Positions 28,605 to 38,390 of a stretch of 64,000 nucleotides of DNA are shown one piece after another. Origin of the DNA: Nocardioides sp. (GTDB lineage: Bacteria; Actinomycetota; Actinomycetes; Propionibacteriales; Nocardioidaceae); the NCBI GenBank assembly GCA_036280235.1, contig DASURB010000024.1, forward strand, positions 15,298-79,297, read 5' to 3'. A model generated the notes under the pieces. It saw only the letters and a list, made by a program, of their open reading frames with translations, searched no databases and was not told where the DNA came from. A program made the translations under genes and the position numbers. Every line of letters starts with the position of its first letter. Within the stretch, counting starts at the first letter, position 1.

Positions 28605-30321
28605 CGGTGTCGGAGGGCAGGTACGTCGTGTGGAACGTCTCCCGCTTCACCAGCTCGTCGCTGCCGGGCCGGTAGAAGGACCGGAACACGTCGATGTCGA
28701 AGCCGGCGTAGCCCGAGTTCGGCACGCAGTCGTCGCCCTTCAGCTCGCGCGTCTTCGGCTGCGTCTCGTTGTAGCGCTCGCTCGCCGACGCCTTGATGTC
28801 CCACGTCTTCGTCGACCACATCCGCACGGTCATCGCACCGGCGCGTGACGGCGTGCTTGGAGTGATGTAGGCCTGCAAGAGTACGCCGTACTCCGTGTCG
28901 TTCTGGAAGCGCAGGTCGACGTACGGCCAGGCCACCGTCGCCTCGCGACCGACCGGGTAGCGGTCGATGTAGAACGAGTGCGGCTTGTGCTCGATGTCCT
29001 TCAGCCCGGCGAAGAACATCGCGTTGAACGTCGTCGTGGCGACCTGGCTGACGCCGCCGCCGAAGTCCTCCTTGTAGACACCGTCGCTGATGATGTAGCC
29101 CTTGGTGAACCCGTTCTCCGCGGTGCGCTCCCCCACGATCTCGTTGAGGCTGAACACCTCGCCCGGCTTGAGCACGGTGCCGTTGATCAGCTCTGCCGCG
29201 CGGCCGAGGTTGGTGTTGCGGTAGTCGGAGTGCGGGTAGTTGGTCGTGAACTCGGAGACGACCTCGTTGATGCCGAGGTTGCGCGCGTCCTTCGTGTCGA
29301 ACTCCGGCTTCGCCACCATCGACGTGACTCGCATCGTGCGGCTGCCGGGGGTCTTCACGACGTCGAGGAAGCTGCCGACGATCTCGTCGGGGTTGTAGGT
29401 GACGCCCTTCTTCGACTTGACCACCTTGGGCTTGCCGTCGCGCAGGACGATGGTGGCGTCCTTCGCGGCGAGCGGGTTGCCCTCGAGTTTCTCGTCGACC
29501 TTGGCGAGGAGCTTCTCCCGGTCGAGCACCGGCACGAGGTCGCCGTTCTCGACCTTCATCGACAGCGCCGGGACGAAGTCGGCGGGCTTCAGCACGATCT
29601 GCTGGTCCTCGAGCTCGATCTTCACGTCGCCGGACACGGCCGGGTTGGCGAACGTCTGCATCGCGTTCGACACATCCGCCTTGCCGATGTCCGGGTCGGA
29701 GGTCGAGGTGGGCAGGTCGACCCGGCCGACGTCGGGGTCGGTGAGGCCGGCGAGGTACGCGTCCGTCACCGGGCCGAGCGACGCGTCGCGGTCGACGACC
29801 TCGCCCTGGCGCGGGTCGCGCGCTACCGCCCGGTCGCCCTTGAACAGCACACGCCCGTCGCGCGGCTTGGTGTCGGCCTTCTTCGCGAACTCGTCGACCG
29901 CCTTCGTCAGCGCCTGCTCGTCGACGGTCACGACCGGTTCGTAGTCGTCGCCACCGGTCAGCGAGTCCCAGATCCGGGCCGGGTTCCACGACCGGCCGCC
30001 GCCGGCCTGCTCGATCGAAGCCTCGAGGTCGACGTCGAGCCCCGCCCGACCGGGGTCGATCCGGCCCTGCTTGCCGAGGGCGGCGACCTTGATCGGCGCG
30101 CCGCGCGTGTCATCGAGGCCCTCCGCGAGAGCCGCCCGCGCGCCGACGGGCGTCATCCCGCCGACGTCGACGCCCGCGACCGTGGCGTTGCGCGGCACGC
30201 GGTCGCCGGTGATGGCGTACGCCGCGACGTACGCGCCTCCGAACAGCACCACGAGTCCCAGCAGCAGCCATGGGATGACTCTGCGGTCGTTGGTGCGGTA
30301 CGGGTCGCGGTCTCGACTCAC
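28591..30321 (-). CDS. VanW family protein with PG-binding domains
   Basis: N-terminal TM; GEVFSLN, GGGVSQVATT, HSFYIDRYPVGREATV, DLRFQN. Confidence 0.9.
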   Translation of the reverse strand: MSRDRDPYRTNDRRVIPWLLLGLVVLFGGAYVAAYAITGDRVPRNATVAGVDVGGMTPVGARAALAEGLDDTRGAPIKVAALGKQGRIDPGRAGLDVDLEASIEQAGGGRSWNPARIWDSLTGGDDYEPVVTVDEQALTKAVDEFAKKADTKPRDGRVLFKGDRAVARDPRQGEVVDRDASLGPVTDAYLAGLTDPDVGRVDLPTSTSDPDIGKADVSNAMQTFANPAVSGDVKIELEDQQIVLKPADFVPALSMKVENGDLVPVLDREKLLAKVDEKLEGNPLAAKDATIVLRDGKPKVVKSKKGVTYNPDEIVGSFLDVVKTPGSRTMRVTSMVAKPEFDTKDARNLGINEVVSEFTTNYPHSDYRNTNLGRAAELINGTVLKPGEVFSLNEIVGERTAENGFTKGYIISDGVYKEDFGGGVSQVATTTFNAMFFAGLKDIEHKPHSFYIDRYPVGREATVAWPYVDLRFQNDTEYGVLLQAYITPSTPSRAGAMTVRMWSTKTWDIKASASERYNETQPKTRELKGDDCVPNSGYAGFDIDVFRSFYRPGSDELVKRETFHTTYLPSDTVKCS

Positions 30322-30331
30322 CCGCAAAAGC

Positions 30332-30694
30332 CTACGGGCCGGGATCGACCTTCCCGGGGGTGGCCAGGGACGCCACGCCGAGGACGACGAGCACCAGCCC
30401 GGTGCCCATCAGCGCGTAGCCCGCCAGGTCTCCGGCCACCGCGTAGTCGCCCTCGGGCCGTCCCGCGACCACCACGCCGATGACCAGCACCCAACCGAGG
30501 CAGTACGCCGCCGCGCTCCTCGGTACGACGCCCGTCCGGAGGTGCCAGGCGGCGGCGAGCGAGGCCACGACGGCCAGGAGCAGGCCGGTCGGGAGGCCCA
30601 ACGCCGTCACCCGGTGCACGGCGGTCGCGGCCACGCCCACGAGCACACCCAGCAGGAACGCCCCGGCGTGACGGAGCAGCCGGCCGGCGCTCAC
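30332..30694 (-). CDS. Membrane protein (DUF6113-like)
   Basis: 4 TM, RPEGDY motif, GTGA-coupled to mshB. Confidence 0.7.
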   Translation of the reverse strand: MSAGRLLRHAGAFLLGVLVGVAATAVHRVTALGLPTGLLLAVVASLAAAWHLRTGVVPRSAAAYCLGWVLVIGVVVAGRPEGDYAVAGDLAGYALMGTGLVLVVLGVASLATPGKVDPGP

Positions 30695-31593
30695 AGACCG
30701 GCGAACAGGTCCGTCTCCCAGCCGTTCTCGTCGGTCGGGCCCTGCCGTCCCTTCGCCAGGCGGTAGAACTCCGTGCCCCACACCTCGTTGCCGATGTTGT
30801 TGGACAGCGCGAAGAACGGGCCGTCCACCTGGATCTGGGTTGCGTGCGCCTTCATCGCGCGGAGCTTGGCGTCGACGAAGTCGTTGGCGTCGATCGCCGC
30901 GGAGATGAACTCGTCGGGGATCGCGAAGCGCGGCAGCGGCTGGTCGGGGTCCATGCCCTCGAACGTCGTGGTGTCGCCCATCTCACGCAGCCGACGAAGC
31001 CCGTCGCGCAGCCGGCTCTCGGACATCGCCGTCCAGTAGATCTTGTCGATCTCGTGGGCCGGCCCCAGCTCGAGCCGGTAGCTCGGCACGGCGGCGAGGA
31101 AGGCGGCGTAGGTCGCGACGCGGTGCGCCTGGATGTGATCGGGGTGGCCGTATCCGCCGAACTCGTCGTAGGTCACCATCACCTGCGGCCGGATCTCGCG
31201 GATGACCTCGACCAGGTGGTCGGCCGCCTCGTTGAGGTCGGCCCGCCAGAACGTGCCCTCCTTGACGTCCTCGCCCGCGACCGCGTGGCCCTCCTCGTGC
31301 CAGACCATGCCGCTGTCGCGGTAGCGCCCCTCACCGCCGAGGAACCGGTGGTCGGTCACGCCGAGCTCGCGCATCGCGTTGGCCAGCTCGGTCACCCGGT
31401 GCTCGCCGAGCTTGTCGTCGCGGTCGGACGCGAGGTGCGCCAGATCGGGGACGAGCACCTCGCCCTCCTCGCCGCGCGTGCAGGTGACCAGCGTGACGCG
31501 GGTGCCCCGTGCGGCGTACTTCGCCATCGTCGCGCCGTTGCTGATGGTCTCGTCGTCGGGGTGCGCGTGCACGAGCAGCAGGCTCTGGTCCAT
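30691..31593 (-). CDS. mshB: GlcNAc-Ins deacetylase (mycothiol biosynthesis)
   Basis: VHAHPDDE, TCTRGEEGE, RDSGM, GGYGHPDHIQAH, FFALSN. Confidence 0.92.
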   Translation of the reverse strand: MDQSLLLVHAHPDDETISNGATMAKYAARGTRVTLVTCTRGEEGEVLVPDLAHLASDRDDKLGEHRVTELANAMRELGVTDHRFLGGEGRYRDSGMVWHEEGHAVAGEDVKEGTFWRADLNEAADHLVEVIREIRPQVMVTYDEFGGYGHPDHIQAHRVATYAAFLAAVPSYRLELGPAHEIDKIYWTAMSESRLRDGLRRLREMGDTTTFEGMDPDQPLPRFAIPDEFISAAIDANDFVDAKLRAMKAHATQIQVDGPFFALSNNIGNEVWGTEFYRLAKGRQGPTDENGWETDLFAGL

Positions 31594-31624
31594 GCCGCGA
31601 GCCTATTCCGCGAGCGACAAGAGA

Positions 31625-31687
31625 CGGCGAGGGGTCAGTTGTGCCGCGACACGCCGCCCAGGAGGCTGAATAACTGACCCCTCGCCG
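31625..31687 (-). repeat. Dispersed inverted-repeat element, family A copy 2
   Basis: Perfect 16-bp arms CGGCGAGGGGTCAGTT / AACTGACCCCTCGCCG; reverse complement matches 63296-63352. Confidence 0.85.
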
Positions 31688-31705
31688 AGCAGCCCGAAGG
31701 GCGCA

Positions 31706-31999
31706 TCAGGCGTCGTTGAAGTGGCCCTTGATGCGACGGGGTTGGTCGGGCAGGTCCCAGGGGGCGACGGACGGGGGCTGGGCGGGCGGCGGGACGTCGT
31801 GGTCGAGCCACCCGTCGCGCTCCTCGGTGAGCAGCTCGAGCATCGTCTCGGGGGCGTCGGTGAGCACCGCCCAGGCGTGGTCCTCGTCGTCGTCCTCGCC
31901 GGCGAACCGGTCCCGCACGACCATCGCGTCCCAGCCCTCACGACGCAACCGGACCACGACGGCCTCGGCGTCGTCCTGCTCGTGGAACACCGCTCTCAT
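31706..31999 (-). CDS. Hypothetical acidic protein
   Basis: ATGA coupling with NUDIX gene; FAGEDDDEDHAW. Confidence 0.7.
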   Translation of the reverse strand: MRAVFHEQDDAEAVVVRLRREGWDAMVVRDRFAGEDDDEDHAWAVLTDAPETMLELLTEERDGWLDHDVPPPAQPPSVAPWDLPDQPRRIKGHFNDA

Positions 32000-32424
32000 C
32001 GCGCCTCCTCCCGCGTCATCAGCTCGGCCAGCTCGGTCAGGAACGGTACGTCGGGCTCGAGCCACTGCACCTCGCGCAGCTGGGAGGCCGCCAGCCAGCG
32101 CACCGCGTCGTGCTCGTGCGGCACCGGCTCACCGGCCACCAGCGCGGCGGTCACGACCTCGAGCGAGAAGCCGGCCGGCACCGGCTGCGACCCGGCAAGA
32201 TGCCCGGTCACGGCGACCTCGCAGCCGAGCTCCTCGCGGATCTCACGTACGACGGCCGCCGCGGCGTCCTCGCCGGGCTCGACCTTGCCACCCGGGAACT
32301 CCCAGCAGCCCGCCGCATGCGCGGGCCGGGTCCGCCGAGCGGCGAGCACACGACCCCCGTGCAGGATCGCGGCGCCGACCACCACCGCGACGTCCGGACC
32401 CGCCGTACCGACCATGCGCGCCAT
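31996..32424 (-). CDS. MutT-like NUDIX hydrolase
   Basis: WEFPGGKVEPGE...VREIREELG Nudix box. Confidence 0.9.
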   Translation of the reverse strand: MARMVGTAGPDVAVVVGAAILHGGRVLAARRTRPAHAAGCWEFPGGKVEPGEDAAAAVVREIREELGCEVAVTGHLAGSQPVPAGFSLEVVTAALVAGEPVPHEHDAVRWLAASQLREVQWLEPDVPFLTELAELMTREEAR

Positions 32425-32465
32425 CGTCCCATGCAGTGCTGGGAGGCATCGGTCAAGATGGCCGG

Positions 32466-33515
32466 GTGCAGGAACCGCCCGACGTACACCTGGTGCGCGG
32501 GGTCGAGCGGGTCCGCGAGGTGGAGCTGCTCGCGGAGCTGACCGGCGGCCGCGTGGGGCTCGACGGTGTGCTCGCCGACCTCAACCGAACGGCGCGCGTC
32601 GCGCGGGTGCCGGGGCTCGCGGTCGAGTGGGGCTTCCGGTGGCAGGCCGACGACGAGAGCACCCGGCGCTGGTGGCCGCAGGGCATCACCACCTCCGCCG
32701 ACCGCGGACCGGAGGAGACCTATGCCGACCGCAGGGTGCTGGTGACCAGCGCCTACAGCAAGCACATGGACGGCGAGCGGCGCGGTTCGCGGATCTCGGT
32801 CGTGGACCTCACCGACCCGCGCGACATCCGCTACCGCCACGTGCTGCTCGTCGAGCCGTACGTCGACGACGACGGCCGTGTCGACGTACGCCCCGTGCAC
32901 GTCCACGCCGGCGGCATCGTCTGGCACGGCGACCACCTGCACGTGGCCGGGACGAGGCGCGGCTTCTGCACGTTCCGCCTCGACGACGTGCTGCGCGTCC
33001 CGCGCGACTCGGGCCTCGAGGTGTTCGGCTACCGCTACGTGCTCCCGATGCGGTTCGGGTACGACGCCGTCACCGCCGAGGGCCGCGAGCAGCTGCGCTA
33101 CTCCTTCCTGTCGCTGGACCGCAGCACCGAACCCCACGAGCTGGTCGCCGGCGAGTACGGCCGCGACGAGATGACCACGCGGCTCGCGCGCTACGAGATC
33201 GACCCGACCACGGGGCTGCTGCGCGACGAGGAGGACGGCGCCGCGCGCCCGCTGCTCGTCGACGAGCGCGGGATCGGGCACATGCAGGGCGCGGTCGTGG
33301 TCCGCGGCCGGTGGTACCTCACCACCAGCGCCGGCCGCTACCGCCTCGGCAGCGTGTGGTCGGGGACGCCCGGTGAGCTGCGCCGGCACCGGTTCGCGGT
33401 GCCGGTCGGCCCGGAGGACCTGACGTACTGGCCGTCCACCGACATGCTCTGGTCGCTGACCGAGTACCCCGGCCACCGCTACGTGTTCGCGATGCGCCGG
33501 GCCTGGTTCGGCTGA
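32466..33515 (+). CDS. Conserved hypothetical protein, probable beta-propeller
   Basis: WWPQGITTS, HAGGIVW, MQGAV, GPEDLTY repeating motifs. Confidence 0.7.
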   Translation: MQEPPDVHLVRGVERVREVELLAELTGGRVGLDGVLADLNRTARVARVPGLAVEWGFRWQADDESTRRWWPQGITTSADRGPEETYADRRVLVTSAYSKHMDGERRGSRISVVDLTDPRDIRYRHVLLVEPYVDDDGRVDVRPVHVHAGGIVWHGDHLHVAGTRRGFCTFRLDDVLRVPRDSGLEVFGYRYVLPMRFGYDAVTAEGREQLRYSFLSLDRSTEPHELVAGEYGRDEMTTRLARYEIDPTTGLLRDEEDGAARPLLVDERGIGHMQGAVVVRGRWYLTTSAGRYRLGSVWSGTPGELRRHRFAVPVGPEDLTYWPSTDMLWSLTEYPGHRYVFAMRRAWFG

Positions 33516-33539
33516 CGCCGTACGACGGGGCGCCCGAGG

Positions 33540-33977
33540 TCAGGACAGGGACGTCTCCCGGCGGTCGGCGGTCTCGGATGCGGTGCGCTGGGCGGGGATC
33601 AGGGCCGTCTGGGCGACCAGGTGAAGCGTGACGTAGCCCTCGACGGGGCTGGGCCGGCTCGCGGCCTCGAGCTCGACGTGGTCGGGCTCCGCCTCGATCG
33701 CGTGCGCCTCCCAGAACGGGTGGCTCAGCTGGTCGGTCCACATCTTCTCGAGGCGGCGGGCGACCTCCTCGGCGGGTACCTCGGCCTTGAACTGGCAGAG
33801 GCCGATCACCAACCGATCAGGGTCGTCGGTGTGGTCGACCTCCACCTCGTCGAACAAGCCGCTCGTGAGCAGCTGGTAGCGAAGGGAGCCCTCGAGGACG
33901 ACGCGGTCGCGCTCGGACCCCGGGATGGCGTTCTCCTGGAGCGCCTGCCTCATCCGGTGGAACTTCGTCAGGTCCAT
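33540..33977 (-). CDS. Hypothetical protein
   Basis: Typical codon usage; GATCAT hexamer 7 nt before ATG (leaderless-type). Confidence 0.6.
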   Translation of the reverse strand: MDLTKFHRMRQALQENAIPGSERDRVVLEGSLRYQLLTSGLFDEVEVDHTDDPDRLVIGLCQFKAEVPAEEVARRLEKMWTDQLSHPFWEAHAIEAEPDHVELEAASRPSPVEGYVTLHLVAQTALIPAQRTASETADRRETSLS

Positions 33978-34110
33978 GCCCACGATGATCCGGATCCGGG
34001 TGGGTCCGGCCATCACCCGGTTTGATGAGTTGCTTCAGAGCTTCCGGTCAAAACCGGACGATCCGGGGCAGAACGAAGGTAAAACTTCACCACCGCCCAT
34101 TGCGGTCGAC

Positions 34111-34599
34111 TCACCTCAACCGGACGCGATGGTCGTCGGCGCGTCCGTGCCGCGGGCAGGGCTGCCGCGGCTCCCGGGGGCACAGCACCCACAGCTCCTC
34201 CGCCTCCGCGGCGTAGAGCCGCCACGGCGACTCCCCCGTCACGTCGTCGAACGTCACCGCGGAGCCGCCTCGCTCGGCGGGACCGGGGTAGATCTCCAGT
34301 GCCCGCGCCAGATCCTCCGCGTCCAGGACGGTCGCGGTGCCGGCGGCGTACACGCAGCGGCCGTGGTAGGGCGGCACCGTGGAGTCGAAGACCGCGAGGC
34401 TCATCTCCGGCCGCTCCGCCAGGTTCCGCGAGTGCCGCGAGTCCGGGCTCGACATCCAGACGAAGCGCCGCAGGTCCTCGTCGGCGCTGAAGTACACCGG
34501 CGAGGTCCACGGCCGGCCGTGTGCGTCGGCCGTGCCGAGCACGACGTACCTGTTGTCGGCCACCAGCGTGCGGGCATGCGCCGCGAGCTCCTCGTCCAT
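34111..34599 (-). CDS. Pyridoxamine 5'-phosphate oxidase family (FMN/F420 split barrel)
   Basis: YVVLGTADAHGRPWTSPVYF, SRHSRNL. Confidence 0.85.
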   Translation of the reverse strand: MDEELAAHARTLVADNRYVVLGTADAHGRPWTSPVYFSADEDLRRFVWMSSPDSRHSRNLAERPEMSLAVFDSTVPPYHGRCVYAAGTATVLDAEDLARALEIYPGPAERGGSAVTFDDVTGESPWRLYAAEAEELWVLCPREPRQPCPRHGRADDHRVRLR

Positions 34600-34673
34600 G
34601 ACAGTCCGTTGTAGCGCAGGACAGCCCGCAATCCGGTTGACCAGACCTTGGGGCAGCCGGTTTCTTGACCGTG

Positions 34674-35130
34674 ATGTCCGACCTGGTTCGAGCGAGCGAC
34701 GACCGAGGCCCTGCTGGAGGACTGGCGGCACGTCCACAACGTCGTGATCTCCGCCGTCACGCTGACGATGGACGACATGCGCGACCGAGTGAAGCGCAAC
34801 CACCTCGTGGTCGCCTACCGCGACGGGACGCTGGACGGCAACAGCACGGTCTGGCCGCCTACGGAGGACACCCGGACGGCGCGGGTGATCGCGCGCGTCC
34901 TGCCCGAGCACCGTCGCCGGGGCTTCGGTACGACGCTCCACGAACGCGCTCTGACCGTGGCCGCGTCGATGGGCGCCGAGCGGATCGGGACCGTCGTGCT
35001 CGCGGCGAACACCGGCGGGCTCGGGTTCGCGCTGCGCCGCGGGTTCGTGGAGACCGAGCGCTGCGTGCTGCCCGGCGAGACCGCGGAGTGGATCGAGCTC
35101 GCGCGGCCCGCCCCGAACAGACAGGCCTGA
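34674..35130 (+). pseudogene. GNAT acetyltransferase with a probable 5' frameshift
   Basis: ATG TCC GAC CTG at 34674 is out of frame with FERATTEALLEDWRHVHN...RVLPEHRRRGFG; that frame has TGA at 34672 and no start until 34744. Confidence 0.6.
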
Positions 35131-35137
35131 GACGTGC

Positions 35138-35180
35138 GAGGGCCCCCGCGACACCCGGGTTGCGGAGTCGCGGGGCCCTC
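35138..35180. terminator. Hairpin between convergent GNAT and aldo/keto reductase genes
   Basis: GAGGGCCCCCGCGAC / GTCGCGGGGCCCTC followed by TTCCCT. Confidence 0.65.
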
Positions 35181-35209
35181 TTCCCTGTGGTGCGGGTCGC
35201 GGCCACCCC

Positions 35210-36250
35210 TCAGCCGCGACCTCCGCGGCGCCGATGCGGGTCGACGAGCGACGGCGGTGCGTAACCGCGGTCTGCCTCGTTGAGCGTCGTGCCGGGCGGC
35301 ACGATCTCGTCGATCCGGTCCAGCACGGCCTGGCTGAGCGACACCTTCTCCACGCCCAGCTGCGACTCGAGCTGTTCCATGGTGCGCGGCCCGATGATCG
35401 CCGACGAGACGGCCGGGTGCTCGAGCACGAAGCCCAGCGCGAGGTGGATCAGCGAGATCCCCGCCTCGTCGGCCAGGTCCTGCAGCGCGTGGACCGCGTC
35501 GAGCTTGCGCCGGTTCTCCGGCAACGACGGGTCGTGGCGCGCGGGCTGGCGCTGCTGGCGGCTCGACACCGGAGCCTCCGCGCCGCGACGGTGCCGGCCG
35601 GACAGCCAGCCGCCGGCGAGGGGGCTCCACGGCAGCACGCCGAGCCCGTACTTCTGCGCGGTCGGCAGCACGTCGCGCTCCACCGCGCGGGCGAGGATGG
35701 AGTACGGCGGCTGCTCGGTGACCGGCCGCTCCCGGTTGCGCTTCTCCGCGACCCACTGGGCCTCGACGATCTGCGACGGCAGGAACGTCGAGGTACCGAT
35801 GTAGCGGATCTTGCCTTGGTGGACCAGGTCGCTCAGCGCGCCGAGCGTGTCGTCGATGTCGATCTCCGGCCGCGGCCGGTGCACCTGGTAGAGGTCGATG
35901 TGGTCGGTCTGCAGCCGGCGAAGGCTGTTCTCGACCTCGCGGATGATCCAGCGCCGCGAGTTGCCACCCTGGTTGGGGTCGTCGTCGCTCATCGCGCCGT
36001 GGAACTTCGTGGCGAGCACGACGTCGTCGCGGCGGCCCTTCAGCGCGCGCCCGACGATCTCCTCGGACTCGCCGCGGGCATAGACGTCGGCGGTGTCGAC
36101 GACGTTGATGCCCGCGTCGAGCGCGCGGTGGATGATCCGCACGCACTCGTGGTGGTCGGTGTTGCCCCAGCCGCCGAACATCATCGCGCCGAGGGTCAGC
36201 GGGCTGACCTGGACGCCGGTGGTGCCGAGGCTGCGCCACTGCTGAGTCAT
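35210..36250 (-). CDS. Aldo/keto reductase
   Basis: LGAMMFG, DTADVY, LATKF, SLRRLQTDHIDLYQVH, WSPLAGG. Confidence 0.92.
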   Translation of the reverse strand: MTQQWRSLGTTGVQVSPLTLGAMMFGGWGNTDHHECVRIIHRALDAGINVVDTADVYARGESEEIVGRALKGRRDDVVLATKFHGAMSDDDPNQGGNSRRWIIREVENSLRRLQTDHIDLYQVHRPRPEIDIDDTLGALSDLVHQGKIRYIGTSTFLPSQIVEAQWVAEKRNRERPVTEQPPYSILARAVERDVLPTAQKYGLGVLPWSPLAGGWLSGRHRRGAEAPVSSRQQRQPARHDPSLPENRRKLDAVHALQDLADEAGISLIHLALGFVLEHPAVSSAIIGPRTMEQLESQLGVEKVSLSQAVLDRIDEIVPPGTTLNEADRGYAPPSLVDPHRRRGGRG

Positions 36251-37599
36251 GCTGGCTCCTTCGCGAGGGTCTGCCGGTCGGGGTGCTGCGGGGAGTACTG
36301 GCTGACCGGGCGGTCGAGGCCGAGGTGCTCGCGCAGCGTTCTTCCTTCGTACTCCTCGCGGAACAGCCCGCGCTTGCGGAGGATCGGGACGACGTGCTCG
36401 ACGAACCCGTCGAACCCGCCCGTCAGCCACGGCGGCATCACGTTGAAGCCGTCGGCGGCGCCGGCCTCGTACCAGGTCTGGATCTGGTCCGCGACGTACT
36501 CCGGCGTGCCGGCGACCACCCGGTGCCCGCGGGCGCCGGCGAGGCGGTGCATGAGCTGCCGGATCGTCGGCTTCTCGCGGTCGACGATGTCGAGCACGAG
36601 CTGCGAACGGCTGCTCACGCCGCGCTCCCCCGACTCGTCGACGACCTCGCGCGGGAACGGTCCGTCGAGGTCGTACGACGACAGGTCCGCACCGGTCAGC
36701 CGGCGCAGCACGTCGAGCGAGTAGGCCGGCTGGGTCAGGGAGTTGAGCTCCTCGTGCTTCTCCTCGGCCTCCTTCATCGTGGAGCCGATGTAAGGGCTGA
36801 TGCCCGGCAGGATCTTGATCTGCCCGGGGTCGCGCCCGAGCCGGGAGGCGCGCGACTTCACGTCGCTGTAGAACGCCTGCGCGCTCTCCAGCGTCTGGTG
36901 CGCGGTGAAGATCGCCTCGGCCCAACGGGCCGCGAACGCGCGGCCGTCCTCCGACGAGCCGGCCTGCACGTAGACCGGTCGGCCCTGCGGCGAGCGAGCC
37001 GTGTTGAGCGGGCCCGCGACGTTGAACAGCTCGCCCTGGTGGTTGATCGGGCGGATCCGGTCGGTGTCGGCGAAGACGCCGGACTCGCGGTCGGCGACGA
37101 ACGCGTCGTCCTCCCACGAGTCCCACAGCTTGGTGACGACCTCGAGGAACTCCTCGGCCCGGGCGTAGCGCTCGGCGTGCACCGGGTGCTCCTCGAGCCC
37201 GAAGTTCTGCGCGGCGTTGGGCGCCCCGGTGGTGACGATGTTCCAGCCGGCCCGGCCCATGCTCAGATGGTCGAGCGAGGCGAACAGCCGGGCCAGGTTG
37301 TAGGGCTCGGAGTACGTCGTGCTCGCGGTGCCGATGAAGCCGATCCGCTCGGTCACCGCGGCCAGCGCCGACATCCAGGTGAACGGCTCGAGCCGGAACC
37401 GCGATGCGTACCTGATGTTGTCGGCGAGGGCCGGCCCGTCGGCGAAGAAGACCGCGTCGAACTTCGCGGCCTCCGCCTTCTTGGCGAGGTCCTGGTAGTA
37501 GCCGATGTCGAGGACCCGCTCTGGCGCGGCGTCCGGGTGCCGCCAGGCGGCCTCGTGGTGGCCGTTCGGGTAGATGAACAGGTTGAGGTGGAGGGTCAC
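36247..37599 (-). CDS. LLM-class flavin-dependent monooxygenase (NtaA/SnaA/DszA family)
   Basis: AKFDAVFFAD, TASTTYSEPYNLAR, GRAGWNIVT, QAGSS, ADGFNVM, TLREHLGL. Confidence 0.92.
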   Translation of the reverse strand: MTLHLNLFIYPNGHHEAAWRHPDAAPERVLDIGYYQDLAKKAEAAKFDAVFFADGPALADNIRYASRFRLEPFTWMSALAAVTERIGFIGTASTTYSEPYNLARLFASLDHLSMGRAGWNIVTTGAPNAAQNFGLEEHPVHAERYARAEEFLEVVTKLWDSWEDDAFVADRESGVFADTDRIRPINHQGELFNVAGPLNTARSPQGRPVYVQAGSSEDGRAFAARWAEAIFTAHQTLESAQAFYSDVKSRASRLGRDPGQIKILPGISPYIGSTMKEAEEKHEELNSLTQPAYSLDVLRRLTGADLSSYDLDGPFPREVVDESGERGVSSRSQLVLDIVDREKPTIRQLMHRLAGARGHRVVAGTPEYVADQIQTWYEAGAADGFNVMPPWLTGGFDGFVEHVVPILRKRGLFREEYEGRTLREHLGLDRPVSQYSPQHPDRQTLAKEPA

Positions 37600-38390
37600 G
37601 ATGCGGCCAACCTGTCGTAGTGGGGGCGGGCCGGCCGCGGCAGCGTGGCCACGGAGTCGTCCTCGACGCCGAGCTCCGCGAGCAGCTGCGCGCGCAGGGC
37701 GGCGAACTCCGGGTCGGCCTGCGAGCGACGGCCCGCCAGGTCGACACGGATGTCGCGGGCGACGACGCCGTCGTCGAGCACGATGACCCGGTCGGCCAGC
37801 ACGATCGCCTCGTCGACGTCGTGGGTGACCAGCAGCACGGCCGGCTTGTGCGCCTCACAGAGCTTGCGCAGCAGGACGTGCATGCGGATCCGGGTGAGCG
37901 CGTCGAGCGCGCCGAACGGCTCGTCGGCCAGCAGCAGCTCCGGGTCGCGGACCAGCGACCGGGCGAGCGCGGCCCGCTGCTGCTCACCACCGGAGAGCTC
38001 GTGCGGCCAGGCCCGCTCGCGACCCTCGAGGCCGACCTCGGCCAGCGCGACGCGACCGCGCTCGGCGGCGTCCTTGTCGCGCAGGCCGAAGACGACGTTG
38101 TCGAGGACCCGCTTCCAGGGCAGCAGCCGGGAGTCCTGGAAGACCACCGACACCTTGCCGGGTACGTCGACCCGGCCGTGGCCGGCGACGTCGCGGTCGA
38201 GGCCGGCGAGAGCGCGCAGGAGGGTGCTCTTGCCGGAGCCGCTGCGGCCGATCAGCGCGACGAACTCGCCGGGTGCGATGTCGAGGTCGAGCCCGTTGAG
38301 CACGCCTCCCGCCTTGCTGAAGCTGCGATGCAGGCCGCGGACGCGGACCGCGGTGGAGCGGTCCGTCAGCCGGCCAGGGTGCGTCGCCAT
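37596..38390 (-). CDS. ABC transporter ATP-binding protein (SsuB-like)
   Basis: GRSGSGKST, LSGGEQQR, DEPFGALD. Confidence 0.9.
   Translation of the reverse strand: MATHPGRLTDRSTAVRVRGLHRSFSKAGGVLNGLDLDIAPGEFVALIGRSGSGKSTLLRALAGLDRDVAGHGRVDVPGKVSVVFQDSRLLPWKRVLDNVVFGLRDKDAAERGRVALAEVGLEGRERAWPHELSGGEQQRAALARSLVRDPELLLADEPFGALDALTRIRMHVLLRKLCEAHKPAVLLVTHDVDEAIVLADRVIVLDDGVVARDIRVDLAGRRSQADPEFAALRAQLLAELGVEDDSVATLPRPARPHYDRLAAS

Noticed and set aside
27573-30321. Beta-lactamase-like and VanW genes as a resistance locus
   Set aside because: The serine hydrolase lacks a signal peptide and the family is broad; VanW-domain genes near mshB/fdxA are ordinary and no vanHAX is present
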